NCBI RefSeq assembly: GCF_011386835.1
Contig: NC_088791.1
Location: 179,924,001-179,988,000 of the forward strand
DNA: 64,000 nucleotides
Direction of reading: 5' to 3'
Source: Chrysemys picta bellii
Lineage: Eukaryota
Position 1 is the first letter of the stretch. Each line of letters starts with the position of its first letter. A program made the position numbers and the translations under genes. Positions 10,901 through 24,559 of this stretch are shown here, piece by piece. A model generated the notes under the pieces. It was not told where the DNA came from. It made no database searches and saw nothing but the letters and a program-made list of their open reading frames with translations.

Positions 10901-12989
10901 CGGGGCCTTGAAATCTCAATACCATACATCAAGCCATATATATAATATATATGCTGAACTTCCCCAGCATTTCTGGCCAGTTGATCTGCTCGGGGTGGTG
11001 GTGGTGGGGTTCCAGGCCATAGCTCTACCCACTTTGAAGTTGCTTCCTCCTACATCAGCACTAGCCTCACACAGTGCTTGTGCTTAGGGGAATGCTGGAA
11101 TCAGATTTTGTCCATTTTCTGTATGGGGTGTGTAAAGGAAGGAGGCTCCTTGTACTCTTTCCTGCTATTAGGTACCTACTCAGGGCTGGGTACAGTCTTG
11201 CTCTGAGCACATAAAGATCTATTCTTTTCTCAGTAAAAATGCAAGGAAAATCTCAAAGGTATGGAATTTCCCCTAGAAAATGTTTATTTTTTTCAGATAG
11301 ACCATTCTATTTTCTTCTCAGATGGGAGGTGAAAGAGAGAGCAGACAATCCATCTGGCTTTTTGGGCAGGGAAACCAAACCTAAATTTATAACCATAAGT
11401 ACCCTCTCCCACTAGGCCATTAAATAAGACTCTAGATCTTTTCTGGATAGATTTTCATACAGCAGTCTCTGAAACTTCTCTAATTCAGCTTCTCTTCAGA
11501 CCACACCTGTCACGTCTTTAGTTACTGCTCTGAGCCTTTCCCCAACTCTTTTCAGCTTCTCAGGGCATCTTCCTTCCTGACCACTCAATAAATGTCCTTG
11601 ATCTCCCATTTAACCATTATAGGCCTTCCCAGTTCCTCTCCATTAAAAGTTACCTTTGAAGTTCAGCAGCCAGTGCTAATTGTTTCTTGGATGTCATATT
11701 CTTAGTGCATATCAGGGTTGATCAGATTTTTATGGTAAACTACATATCACCACTTTAAATAGCAGTGACCGAGCTCTTTGATTGAAAAGTGCTTTTTACC
11801 ACCACAGCTTCTCTGATTAAAATATTATTTGCTGTCCGTAACTTAGGGCCTCATTTAACAGCTAAATACATTATTGTTGGATATTTAAAAGGACATTGGA
11901 GGTATTTTAGATAGTTCCTGCATTTTCTGAACTCAATTTTTCAGTTTTTCTATATTTCCTCAGCAAAAGTATTTGTTTTTAATTTAAATGTATTATATTG
12001 GGGGAAAGTGGAACAAAACTCTCCAATTTGATTCTTCAGTATTTTGCTTTCTTGTACATTGCACCAGGCTGACATTTAAATTGCATAGCTTGAATAATTC
12101 TGTACCTACATTTAGCCTAGTCCTACAGTGATGGCATTAACTGAGACTTCAACCTGCCAAGTAGACACAGAGCCCAGCAGGATAGGCAGCTGACGCCCTC
12201 ATCCCAGAGCCTCTCTCCTACTATTATGTCACCACCAACCTCTTATTAACCTCCCTTGCTCCCTGATTGGAAGCATTGGGGGGATGGGGAGACAAATCCT
12301 GGGCAGCCATGTCCTTCCATCAATACTACAGTGTACATTTTCAAAGCATTGTGCAGCTAAATCCCTAAACAATTCGCACTGGTGTTAATCGGAGTCACAT
12401 AGCTAAATTTCTGATTGTTGTCTTGAACATGTCTTCATTAGGATCTCCTCCTCTCCCTCCCTGGGCCAAGAAATCAAATCTGAAACGTACAACGATTAAA
12501 GAAAGGAAATGTAGTTAATGCAAGCACTGTCTCTTTACCTGACCTTGTAGCACCCAATTGTATACTTGTGGTATATAAGATCACTTGCTTAGTGGGGTAG
12601 AATGCATTGTGTTGCGATATGTAATAAAACAAAACAAGGTAAGAATGTTACGGAAGCATCTGAGATAGATCTCTGGATTTATTTTCTTGGAACCTTTAAT
12701 TATGTCAACTGTTAATACTGTGTTGGTCTAACTTGAATATCGCTGTCTCACTTTTGGGCTGGCAGATTTTGGGACCAAGTTATATATTAGAATGTAGAGC
12801 TCATGGGTAAATGTCCACATTGCAGTAGTTGCATGCTGCACTGTTAAACATCATGTCCTTACCATAATATATTTAGCCAAGGTCTCATTTCTGTGTGTGT
12901 GGTGGGTATTCAGGAGAAATGTAAAGATCCCATGACATGTTTGGAAAGAACAGGTGATACTTCCAGTGTCTTATCCCCCTGTAACTTCC

Positions 12990-13430
12990 CTCAAGAAAAC
13001 AGAAGCTGATGACCAAAACCATAGGGACAGAGGAACTACCAGGATCAGACCCAAGTTCCATCTATTATAGTATCCTGTCTCCAACAATGGCAAGAGTCAG
13101 ATGCTTCAGAGGATGGTGTAAGAACTCCACCATACGCACATGTGGAATAATTTGTTCTCCACATTAGCTCTTACTTTGGTCTCTACTAGCTATATATTGG
13201 CTTAAACCCCAAACCATATCCCACAGACAGAATTTGTTGTCATTAATTATAACTATGGATATCCTTGCTCTCAGTAGAAATGTCCAGTCCCTTTTGAATC
13301 TTGCTCAAGATCTTCTGTGGCAGAGAGGTCCACAATCTAATTACACGTTGTATAAAAAATTATTTCCTCTGTCAGTTTTAAGTTTTCCATCTTTTAATTG
13401 CATTGAATGTTTCCTTGTCCTCATGTAATG
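12990..13430 (-). mobile_element. Old, fragmented CR1/SINE 3' sequences
   Basis: Recalled similarity to antisense CR1-type 3' ends (ggatcagaccc..ccatcta..agtatcctgtctcc..gatgcttcagagg; cagagaggtccacaatctaattacac..tgtataaaaaattatttcct). Confidence 0.45.
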
Positions 13431-13735
13431 AGTAGAGCTGGGTGAAATGCAGCCACCAAACTGAAAAATCAGTTATTCACTCACCACAACTTATGACTCA
13501 ATATGTGAGCTCTTGGGGAGTACACAATGAATGACAAACAGACCCTTGGCACTTCCTTGTCTAAACTGCTTAAATCCTGGAATTAGGGCTTCAGCCCTCC
13601 TGAGCACCCAGTTGTTTAAACATGCTCCTGCCCCAGAGCCCACCTGTCTGTGGGAGTTCTGGGTTCTAGGTAAACCATTTAGGAGCAATGTGGCTGTACA
13701 GTAAGGAACACTGACTCAGCAAAGGAATTTCTAAT

Positions 13736-13757
13736 ACACACACACACACACACACAC
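13736..13757. repeat. (CA)n microsatellite
   Basis: Direct observation. Confidence 0.95.
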
Positions 13758-15295
13758 TTTACTCTTAAAGCACAAAAGTTACAGATTTATGGAAAACAAC
13801 ATAAAGTTTTGAACATTGCCTTATCTAAGGCTGCTGATCAGAGCCAGGTCTCACAGACGGGGTGAGATCAGATTAGAAGGGCTGAGTCCCTCCTGCCTTG
13901 TTCCCCCTCTTCCCCTCCCAACCCCCTGTCTGTAGCTGTGGTGATCAGCATGAAGCACCTAGAATAGACTGGCCTTCTCAAAATTAGACTGATTTTCAAC
14001 ACCACCTGGATGTCTTAACCCAACATAGTGAAGGTCTCAGTGAAGATTACAACCACAAAATGGTACTCAGAAAACAAAATAGAGTACACAATTTGATCAA
14101 AACATACTACCAATCGGTCACAATCATTAATATTTTTTGAAACAGCAACTTGAACTGAATATGCATGTATTTATACCAGGAAAGCTATGGTCTGTTAATT
14201 GTAGCCATTACAATAAAACATCACCATTTGAAAGATGCTATATAACTTCATATAGGTAATTGGATCTACAAAATTTTCTGGATTTTTACATTTGAGATGT
14301 TATTCCCAGCCAAATGGAATAATTTTGCAATAGGTGGAATTCTATAGCTAAAAGCCTCACTTAACAAATTGTAAGTATCTTGTGTATATTCCCATGTAAA
14401 ATCTACATTAAAATGGAGTTAAGATTGGTACATAATAGTAAGGGGGAAGATCTTTACAGAGATGTTGCAATTATCCCCAAAACAAGCACCAAAACTCCAG
14501 GAAATTCAGAGGTAAGGCTAAATTTAAAAAATATATTAAAGTATGGAAAAACAGTGAAAGTACCCAAACACCCTGGACTTGGATAAGTAGTGACACCATG
14601 CAATAAGCATACAATTAAAATAATTGTAAATGTATTTGTAGTTTCAGAGTACATTAAATTGATTTTAAAAAACCCATTTGATATTTGCTCACCTCATGAT
14701 GTCACAACAGAGCAAATCTAACACATTACAGGTGAGTTCTCAGGAAAAAAAAACAAGATTTATTGAGATAAACAAAATCTTGGTTCATTATTTATTCTTT
14801 TCATCTTTGTTATATGAAAACCAACACAGCTTTTTAAACAAAAGATAAATATATGAAGAGGTAATATACATTGCAATCTTGAGCAACTATGGGGTAGCTA
14901 TGTAAGGGATGCCATGACCCTGTTTTTCTTTGTACTGTAGTTTTAAATGTTAGGAGCCTATTTATTTAGCTTCCATCACTGCAGTATCTGAGCCTAACCC
15001 AAGTTTTTAACAAAAGGGAGGGATGGCTTGTGATGCCATGCAGGGAATAGGAAGGTATAAGATGTCCCATTTCTGTTGTGCCTGGGCTATCCACATTGTA
15101 GTTATGGAGGGGGGAAGAGAGTAACTTTAGTATGGCTTGTACTAGTTCTCCTGCACAGGTGTGGCAGGGAATGGTTGGCGCCTAGACCCACCCAATAGTC
15201 TGGCCAGCAGAACTGAGCCAGCATGAGGGGAGAACCAGTAGCCATTTATTCACCTCCTCATCCTGAACACAGCAAGGGGGAAGCAAGGTGTGTGG

Positions 15296-15877
15296 TGTGT
15301 TCTGAGGAAGACACAAGAAGTCATTCTTCCGCTCTACTCTGCTCTGGTTAGGCCTCAGCTGGAGTATTGTGTCCAGTTCTGGGCACGGCATTTTAAAAAA
15401 GATGTGGAGAAATTGGAAAGGGTCCAGAGAAGAGCAACAAGAATGATTAAAGGTCTTGAGAACATGACCTATGAAGGAAGGCTGAAAGAATTGGGTTTGT
15501 TTAGTTTGGAAAAGAGAAGACTGAGAGGGGACATGATAGCAGTTTTCAGGTATTTAAAAGGGTATCATAAGGAGGAGGGAGAAAACTTGTTCACCTTAGC
15601 CTCTAAGGATAGAACAAGAAGCAATGGGTTTAAACTGCAGCAAGGGAGGTCTAGGTTGGACATTAGGAAAAAGTTCCTAACTGTCAGGGTGGTTAAACAC
15701 TGGAATAAATTGCCTAGGGAGGTTGTGGAATCTCCATCTCTGGAGATATTTAAGAGTAGGTTAGATAAATGTCTATCAGGGATGGTCCAGACAGTATTTG
15801 GTCCTGCCATGCGGGCAGGGGACTGGACTCGATGACCTCTCGAGGTCCCTTCCAGTCCTAGAATCTATGAATCTATA
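15296..15877 (+). mobile_element. Young 5'-truncated CR1 LINE (ORF2 C-terminus plus 3' UTR)
   Basis: Intact frame [23 protein letters not shown]...[12 protein letters not shown]...[15 protein letters not shown]...[25 protein letters not shown]; 3' hairpin and (aatctatg)n terminal repeats. Confidence 0.97.
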
Positions 15878-16399
15878 AGGAATGAATTACAAGTCTACTC
15901 CAAGGTGCTGCCCCATGCACAAAGCAGACTAAGGTGACAATCAACTTCAAGAACATGAAAGCAAATTTTGTTTTCCCCAGGGAAAGTCTACAGATCCATT
16001 CTAGTGCAACTGGGGCTGGGTAGACCAGCTGGGCCATGGCATGGCAGCCCACCCCAGGACCTGGGACCAGGTACTCTGGGCATTTCTGGACCCTTTCCTG
16101 CAGCTTTGCTATATCTGATTGCCCATATAATATAGCTGCCAGTGAGGCCTGTCACAGTATGGTGCCATGGAGGCTGCTGTTGCTCTAAGCAGGGGGCCTG
16201 GTAGATCCTACCTGCAGCTACTTGAGGCAGAATGAGCTGGCTGGATCTTCAGGAGCACTTCCAGTCTCTCTTGACAGACAGGTCTGATTCTGCCTCCAGA
16301 GAACTGAGAAGAGGAATGACCAATTGTAATGGATCTGTGGACTTTCATGATAGAAAAATAAGTTTGGGGGTAAATTAAGATATATCTTTCTATTTCAGG

Positions 16400-16660
16400 A
16401 TGTGTGGATTCATTTTTAAATATGAGTTGAAATAATCAAGTGTGGATATTGCAAACATATGGATCACAGTGGCCAGGTCTGTGTTTGATAGGAAGGAGCA
16501 CAATATTCTGTCCAGGCACAGATGGAAGTGGGCATTTTTTACCACCATGTCTCTTTTGAGCATTCAGTTGGTTTGAGGAATCCAGAAAGGATCGCAAGGC
16601 TGTGGACCAGTCTAACAATCTGTGGGAAGATGCCCACAGCTGTGGAAAATGATACATCAA
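16400..16660 (-). mobile_element. Ancient L2 LINE ORF2 fragment
   Basis: Minus strand ..LDSSNQLNAQ / MVVKNAHFHLCLDRILCSFLSNTDLATVIHMFAISTLDYFNS, matching the L2 motif AFFHLR.I..LRPFLS..DLATVIHAFVTSRLDYCN. Confidence 0.7.
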
Positions 16661-16739
16661 TGGTGACAGAGGAGACAAGTTCTCCAAAATGCCCTTTTAT
16701 CTTGTATCACCTCTGTCTTGCCTTGGTTCAGCTTTAGTC

Positions 16740-17360
16740 AGCTGTTCTTAATCCAGATGATGATTTTTGACTAGACACTGAATTACATGGGTAATTACAT
16801 GTTTGAGATGAGAAAGAGGACCTGAGACATTTCAGGATGATTGTTTTTATCCTTGCAGTTTTATGGAGGTGGGACAGCAGGATGAATGATTGTGCTTCCT
16901 GTATGTATGAACAGGGAAAGATTGTCTACCAAAGCAACAAGTCCTGTTGGTCCCATATGTTGTCCTGAAGGTTGGTTGATAGGGAAATAGGATACTGGAA
17001 GCTGAAGGTGGTTTTGAGACCTTTTCCTTGCAAGCTAATTTATTTGCTTGCTTAGAAAACTAAATTTAGGCACTGAGCAGTGGCTCATGACATCTCTAAC
17101 ATTGAGCAATGTCGTCTTTAATTTTGGTTTGAGTATTGTGTTTTAGGGTGTGTGGTAGATAGCTGTCATCAAATGAGGTGTGGGCAATGGCTGTCAAAAG
17201 GACTACCAACTTTTTTGTATTCTCTTTGATCACCTTGGAAGTACAAGAAACAGTGTTGTGGGTGGTGGCAATGATTGCTGTCATTGCTTCCCTGACTAGG
17301 GGGACAATATTTCCCTATGCTGAGTATGGGACACCTGGTAAAATTACTTCTATTCAAGCA
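16740..17360 (-). mobile_element. Heavily degraded Penelope-like element, RT-thumb to GIY-YIG linker region
   Basis: Fragmentary minus-strand translation (..HCFLYFQGDQREYKKV.. ; GTNRTCCFGRQSFPVH..TSI..VSGPLSHLKHVITHVIQC) resembles the recalled turtle PLE ORF; many stops and frameshifts. Confidence 0.45.
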
Positions 17361-17509
17361 AGTTCAACAGCAATCAATCAGAACTATGCAGTACAAACAT
17401 TCAAATTAACGTCAAGCTGACTGAGCCCCCAATAAAAAGAAATACTGTGTAGTTGGATTCTTTCTATGTACCTTCTTAACTTTAAGGTTTTAGGATTCAC
17501 ATGGGGAGG

Positions 17510-17510
<1 letters not shown>

Positions 17511-17542
<32 letters not shown>

Positions 17543-17554
17543 CGCACGCACGCA
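17511..17554. repeat. (CA)n/(CACG)n microsatellite
   Basis: Direct observation. Confidence 0.95.
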
Positions 17555-17697
17555 CCTGCTAAACCCAGGGTTGGGAGTTCAATCCTTGAGGGGGCCATTT
17601 AGGGATCTGGGGCAAAAATTGGGGACTGGTCCTGCTTTGAGCAGGGGGTTGGACTAGATGACCTCCTGAGGTCCCTTCCAACTCTGATATTCTATGA
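17555..17697 (+). mobile_element. Turtle tRNA-derived SINE with CR1-like 3' tail (5' part missing)
   Basis: B-box-like gagttcaatcc followed by the CR1 tail ggttggactagatgacctcctgaggtcccttcc..attctatga. Differs from the copy at 39569-39746 by 6 substitutions and one 5-nt indel. Confidence 0.92.
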
Positions 17698-17729
17698 GTG
17701 TTGACAGTACACACCACTCTCACATGAGG

Positions 17730-19153
17730 AGTGACCGACAGACCTGTCCCTCTCTGTCTGCTGCTCTCCACCATCCATGCCTGGCTGGGCCCCTGGGATG
17801 GACTCGCTTCTCCCTGTACCTGGCCCCAGGTCTTACCGAGGCAATACGTGTGTGTAGGGGGGGGAGAGCATACAGGGTCACATGCCACCCCCCCAGATTT
17901 CTGCGAGGGTTCAAACCAGAATGTGGCCAGCAGCAACCTTTCGGCACTGTGGGGAGGGAAGGGACAGGAGCTGCTGCCATCCACAGCGGAGGAGGGAGGG
18001 GTGGAAGGGATGACCGGACACATCTCTTAGCAGAGCTCATCCCTCCTCTTCTGCCCCCACCCGCCATGGTGGGAAGCAGCTTGTCTGTTCCTGCCTGCAA
18101 AGTATCGAAAGGCAGCTAATGCCTCCATGCCGCTGCTGGCCACCAACATAACCCGGCCACCTCCTGTCCCACGGCTACAGCATGAGCAGGAAGGGGCTTC
18201 AGCGGCTGTGGAGCCCAGCCAGAGAAGTGGCTCAGCAGGGGAAGGTGCTTAGAGGACGGAGCAGCACCATGCTCCCTGGGGGCAGGACCCAGGGCAGGGG
18301 GGGGGAGGCAGGCGAAGAGGGTGCTAAGTGCCTGCCCAGGGGGCTGTTGTGGAGCCTGCAGGTTAAGGGTGGGAACAGGCTGAAAATTGCCTCCCTGCCC
18401 ACTCCAGAGCGTAGCTGAGGGGTGGAAAGGCTTCCTCATACCAGTGCTGTGCGGGGCTTTAGCACATGCCAGGCTCGGCTCCTCCTGGCCAGTGTCCCAG
18501 GCTGGAGGGTCTTGGACTTTCCTGGGGTACCATACAAGCCAGAGGCAGTGGGGGAAGGAAGGAGCCTGCCCACCAGGCTGTTGGTGAGCTGAGTACTCTG
18601 GCCAGGGGCTGGTTCTCCGCACAGCGCTGGGAGAGGGAGGCACTCACCGAGGGGGGATATGGAGGAGCAGAAGGGATGGGGAGGGCAAAGCAGGGAGAGG
18701 ATAACAAGATTGGGAGTGCATGAAGGGTTGATGAGTGGGCAGCAGAGGTAACACATAGCCACCTGGCGCCTGCCCACACTCTCTGGCTGCCACAGTGCAG
18801 AGCCAGCGCCAGCTAGAAATGGGACGGAGGACGGGGCAGGGCCCGAGAGCCAGCATGCAGTAGGGGGCTGCGCTGATGGACCGGCAGGGAGAGTGGCCTG
18901 GCCCTGCAGCTTCATCTCACCACCAGCCTTGCACACACATACCCATCATTGGCCATGAATCCCCCATTCCCACTCACAACTGGTGGGTGGGCGGCTGGTG
19001 AGCAGGGATTCAGCCAGCAGCGGGATCTGCTGGTACTGATGGGGGGCAGACAGAAAATGTGACAATTTGCCCATTTTTAAGAAAGTCAGGACACCTGCAG
19101 GAGGGCTTAAATATAGGACTGTCCCGTTAAAAATGGGATGTCTGGTCACACTA
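17730..19153. mobile_element. GC-rich non-autonomous hAT-like element or composite (right end intact)
   Basis: Right terminus gggactgtcccgttaaaaatgggatgtctggtcacacta is the same end type as the element at 20329-20759. Abrupt GC rise over 1.4 kb. Left terminus degenerate; no TSD found. Confidence 0.55.
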
Positions 19154-20328
19154 TCCCTGATAACTTTTTGTATGTACAGGCTCAATTGATGGATGGAGGG
19201 CATTGCAGTACTGATCCACTTCATGGTAGATAGAGACCATCCAGGATGTGAGTGGATCTTCTGTGAAATATGATTATTCCTTCTGGCAACAGGTTCTGGA
19301 CCTGAGAGGGCGGCAGTCTGGGTTTACAAAACAATTTACAGCCCAGAAAAGTTACGCCTGAACGTGCTTCCTCTGTGTCAGAAGATAAGTAGGCTTTTTG
19401 CTTGACTTCTGGGTAGACAGTATAGTGAAGCAATTTGAGTTCAATGGAGACTCTTTTTCCTGGAGATTCTACATTAGTTTCTTTGTTGTTTTCCTTAATC
19501 AAAATAAGCCCTCTAAAACTAAAGACACATGTTAAATTCTCTGTGCACGAAAAACAGATGCATTCTGTGCCTTGGGACTGCAGATATGTCCATCCCCCTT
19601 TCCAAAAAGGGGGACAATATATCACCTTAAGGTCAATTGAGATGGTGACCGTATGGGACATTAGTCTTTGTGCTGAGGTCCTGGGAACTTATGACATTAA
19701 CCCACACTGTAGAGTTCCTGCTTGTGAGAGAGAGCAACAAAAGGAGATAGACTTGTTTCATAGTATAGTTTACAGCCATTTTGGTGCTAGTTTATGTCAA
19801 ATCATTAAAAATACAGTCATCACCATTTAAAATCAATTTACCCATAATAACTGCATGTATGAATACATGAAATTGGAAGAAATCTGTGTTCTCAGCCAAT
19901 CCTGGGTGATAGCTATAGGAAATGCTTGACTTTTTTAATACTAGTCACTATAAATCACTCTTTATTTTATTTATGAAAAGTACATAGTGTTCATATGATA
20001 CTGTCTGTCTCTTTAAGAGGACAAAGGAATGGAAGAATTCTGGACAAGAGACAGGAAGATGGGATTGAGTAGGAAACAGTATTAATTAAAATCAGGTAAA
20101 ACAGAGCTCAGAGTGAGAGGAACAAATAATTTTGTGCTCACTGCAATTGTATGTGGTGGGTCCTTTGTCCGGCTTGCCAAAAGAAAAGGCTCCCTAAGCA
20201 GGGGGAGGAAAGGGATGGGTTACTTGGATGGGGCAAGGCAGAACAGGAAGGGCACCCCTCCCAAATCAGTGGAAGCGATTAAAGAATAATGACAACCTGC
20301 ACAGTACAATTTATTGCTGGGTTCTTCC

Positions 20329-20759
20329 TAGGGTGACCAGATAGGCAAGTGTGAAAATTTGGGATGTGTGTGTGTGTGGGGGGGTAATAGGTTGCCTAAA
20401 TACAGGGGTGAAAGTAAGGCACTATAGGCTGGTAAGGCGTACTGGTAAAAAGTGGCTGCTGTTACCGGCCCGTAAAGCTGACTTTAAAGCGCTGCCACCG
20501 CAGTGCTTTAATGTCATTGCCCCTTTTGTCCCGCCCCACCCAGGCCGCTGATGGGGGAGGGAGGGGCAAAAGGAGCAGTTGCCCTGGGGCCGGCAATTTA
20601 AAAGGGCCTGGGGCTATGGCTGCTGCTGCCGGCCCTTTAAATTGCCGCTGGAGCCCTGGGTGGCACGGGCCAGGCCGTGCGGATTGGCTGGCTGGGGGAT
20701 GCTTTCACCCCTGCCTATATAAGACAAAGCCCCTAAGAGTGGGATGTCTGGTCACCAGA
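20329..20759. mobile_element. hAT MITE (outer element of a nested pair)
   Basis: TIR tagggtgaccag / ctggtcaccaga; perfect 8-bp TSD gttcttcc (20321-20328, 20760-20767). Confidence 0.9.
20403..20713. mobile_element. hAT MITE (inner element, inserted in the one above)
   Basis: TIR caggggtgaaag / ctttcacccctg; TSD cctaaata / cctatata (20395-20402, 20714-20721). Confidence 0.9.
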
Positions 20760-23700
20760 GTTCTTCCAGTTATTATAGGTGAATAAAGTTGTGGCCTAAT
20801 GAAATGCCAGCCATTGCCTCCTGGCTGTCTTCCGGCAGGGCCGGACAATGGCAGGTTTGAAAACTATTTTTCAATTATTTGTTAACATAAATATGTACAG
20901 AAAATACATTATTTAAAAATAAAGGACAGTAAACCAGTATTTTATATGCATTCTCTTTTAAAAGTAATTAAATGAAAGTAAGCATATTTTAAATGTTTGT
21001 TTGCAGTATTCATAAATACTGTGTAAAATTATGTATGACCAAATGACGTTTAGGAGGATTGGGCAGTTTTTCTGATATTAAAAAAATCTGAGGAATTTAG
21101 TCTTGCAGTAATGCATGTAAACAGGTGTAATTTTTTTAGACAAACAAATTTTAAAATAGAAATGCATAGTTTCCTCCTTTTTAATATTTACTAGAATTAA
21201 TAGCCCTTTAACTACATTCATTCATTTTGTCTGAGAAAATGTGTTTCAAAGTCATTATTGTGTATATAAAAAAGTTGATATTCCTCTTTCTGGCCATACA
21301 TGGCTGACTGATTTAGTAAAGGGCATAATGATGGAAATCCTTTGATATATTTTATTCCCTGGCTTACTTTCTCTCTCTCAATCGGTGTTATGCTGCTACC
21401 ATCACCATAGTATCTGAATGCCTTCCACATAAAATCAATAGGAATAGTGAAATCCTCAGTGAAGTTCATAGATCCTCTGGCACTTTTCCCTTTTCAGGGA
21501 TACAGGGGATATATAACAATGGAATACAGGTTTATAGTAGTTATTAAAAATGGAAAAGACCTATTCAACCATTGTGTCAAACTCCTTGTAAAAGCCAGAA
21601 TGTAAGCACCTACATCATATTTAGACTTGAGTACCCCGTAATTCTCATTGACTACAACAGCTGCAGGGACTTCCAAGTACCCCTGATGATCAGGACATTT
21701 GCTTATTTAGGTACTTAATGTTCCAATCTTGCAATTAGCTCCACAGAGGTCCAAGAGTCCTCGGCATGGAGCTCATTATAGGAACAGGGCCTAGAGATGG
21801 ATGTAGCTGCCTGTAGTCTGAACATTTTGGTCATGGTTCCATATATCAAATATGGAAAGAGCTTTAGTATGTGTGTGCAAGGAAATATTAATTGTTGTAG
21901 TTTGGACTGTGGGAGTGCTGAGAGGCCTTGTTCAGGGACTGGGGCCTATTGTGCTAGGTGCTGTACAAACACATACCAAAAAGACATTCTTACACCCAAA
22001 TAGCTTACAATTTAAGTATATCACAAGAGAGGAAAAGTGACTGCAACAAAGGGATGCGGGAGGCAAGCAAAAGGTGCAGTTGAGAATATTATGATCAGTG
22101 CAGCAAGCAATAGCCACAAGTAGTAACATTTAAGTAGTAAACATGGAAATGACCTATTTTATGCACATCTTCTAGGGGGAAATAATTTGGCTCGAGATAT
22201 AATTTTTTATATTGTCCAATGCTTTTCCATTTGTCGGTTGCTTTTTTACTATACATCTATTCCTTCAATCTCTGATGTATACATCGATTATTTTGGTAAA
22301 GTTTCTTTGTTAATCTAAAATTTCCTTTTATAGTTCTGATTTGAGAACTTATTTATGCATGTATCTGAAAGAAGAATTTGGCATGTTCAATACTACAAAA
22401 GAAAAACATACGTGATTATGAACTCACTTTTAGTGTTGTTTTTTCCCCCTGGTGTTTTTGATTTTGCTGATGTATAAATACTTGATTTCAGATATACTTC
22501 TCTAAAAGAAGCTTTAAATTAGTGGAAATATACTTTACATCTTTTTTCCCCCTTAAATCAAGACCACTTTGAGGTTCTGAAGAGTTCATATCTTAAAAAT
22601 AGATGCACATGATTGTTCTGCTATCCACAGGAGTACCTTGCAGGGATGCACCTTATTTTTGCACCGTTTGATGTCCTCACCCTAAACTGAGTGGACAAAT
22701 TAATAATTTGCTTGGAGATCTAGAGACATTGGAGTTTGAATCCTGGATAAATAAAAGTATAAAGAAGACACCCAACTGATTATTGCCTGATTATTGGTTT
22801 GACTAGAGATTAGTTAATGTAGTTGTAGCTATTAATATTTTAAAAAATGTTTGATTTTTAGCTTTTGAAACTATTACTTCATAGAACTAGTAGCAATTTC
22901 TCATGGGATTTTGTCATTTTATATAGCTAATGTTCTTTCAGTACTGCTATATTTAAAAACAAACAGTTTTTAAAAATAAATTTTAACTTATTTTATGCAG
23001 CATTAACACTTAGTATACTAACACGACACAGGGGTTAAGTACAACACTAGGAAATAAGCATTGTATCTGCAAGAAACTATTGTTCTCAACATTTTAAAAT
23101 GGACACATGATACCTAAATACTTTTTATTCTTCTGTAATATTATTATATGTAGTGAGAAATAGTTATTTTAAGTCAAGGCCTATCAAACACATACTAAAA
23201 AGTTTTCAATTTCCCTGAAGAACTAAACAATATTATCTCATTATTTGGAGCATTATCTGTACCAAATGTAGGGAGCAATGAAAATGCCTATGTAATGTTA
23301 TCTAGCTATTTAAGGGAAAATAGGGATGTTTAGAAGGGCAGCTACCACACAAATAAATAGTTTTATAGAGTACCTTTCATTATTTATACTTAATGTACAA
23401 TAAGGTATATAGTAACTGTGGAGTTATTGTAGAAGTGCCTTTTGTGATGAAGGCACTACAAAAAACAATGCACACTGTATTTATCATACTGTAGGAATTA
23501 TCTTTCCATTGGTGACATTTTTCTTTAAAAAAACAATTGAAACTCAAAGCTGCATTAAGCCTGCATTGTCAGACTTGGAAAGAGATCATAATAAGATGGA
23601 AAAGAACTATGCTAACATAGAGCCCCACCTTGCTTAGGCAAGGTATGGTTCCCCAATATAGATCCAGTATTAAAATATGAAATAACATTTAAAATATAAA

Positions 23701-24559
23701 CCTGAAGTGCAGGTTTTTGTTAATTAGTGTTTTCAACATCACTGGGTGTCCACACTCTAAGCATCCACAAACTTAGAATGATCTATAACTGCAAAGGCAA
23801 AACTTGGAAAATTTGGGCACCAATTGTAAAACAATTTTCTTCCCACAACCAGTGAATGATCATTAAAAATGCAGGTTTACTTTACTTTCAAATTCAGTAT
23901 ACTTACATATTTTTGTAAGCCGTCTACTCGGAAATTTTATAAATAGGAAATCAACATAACCCTGAAAAACCAAATAACTTCTCCTTCTTGTCGCCATATG
24001 CTGCATGTTTTCCCACTAGATTTTTGTATACTCTGTATGCTGGAGAATGGTTTCTTTTCTTTTCATGTTGCTCTGTCGGCGGTCATAACAGCTATTCTCT
24101 TCATGAATATGTAAATCCCATGCATAAAATCACAAAAATTAGCATGGCAGTTCCCACAATAGAACTTGCCCAATTATGTCTGTCTAATACATGAAAAGTG
24201 ATGATTTAATCTTTTGAATCTGAGTGGTTTCAGGTATTATTACACAAGATGCTATAATTACAGAATGCCCAAATACACAAGCTAGATGCATGCACATGCT
24301 GGGTGATCACCACGCTTTTAATAAGAACTGGGCATCTGATGTGTGGCTATGATGGAGTGCGTGCAGAATCACTTACAGGCTCTTACTCTGATGTTTAGTG
24401 GCAAGAGGAAAAATGCCCTAGGTCTGTAATACAATTTCATTTCTAGACTGAGATTTGTTTGGTTTAAAGATATATTTATTATTTCTTAGTAACTGACTAA
24501 AAATATGTTTTAAAAAATGTTGGCTAGATAGATAAGAGGAGGCGGTGATCATATTCACT

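Noticed and set aside
11650-11830. Faint Penelope RT-like peptide (FLDVIFL..TTLNSSDRAL)
   Set aside because: Too degenerate to support by eye; needs a profile search.
12442-12640. Exon-like segment (GSPPLPPWAKKSNLKR.. or ISSSPSLGQEIKSETYND) with a downstream AATAAA and donor
   Set aside because: All three frames stop within ~80 nt and no protein is recognised; could be a terminal or UTR exon but is unsupported.
17559-18936. Cluster of 100-175 aa ORFs
   Set aside because: Stop-poor GC-rich TE interior; peptides are low-complexity with no domain or splice support.
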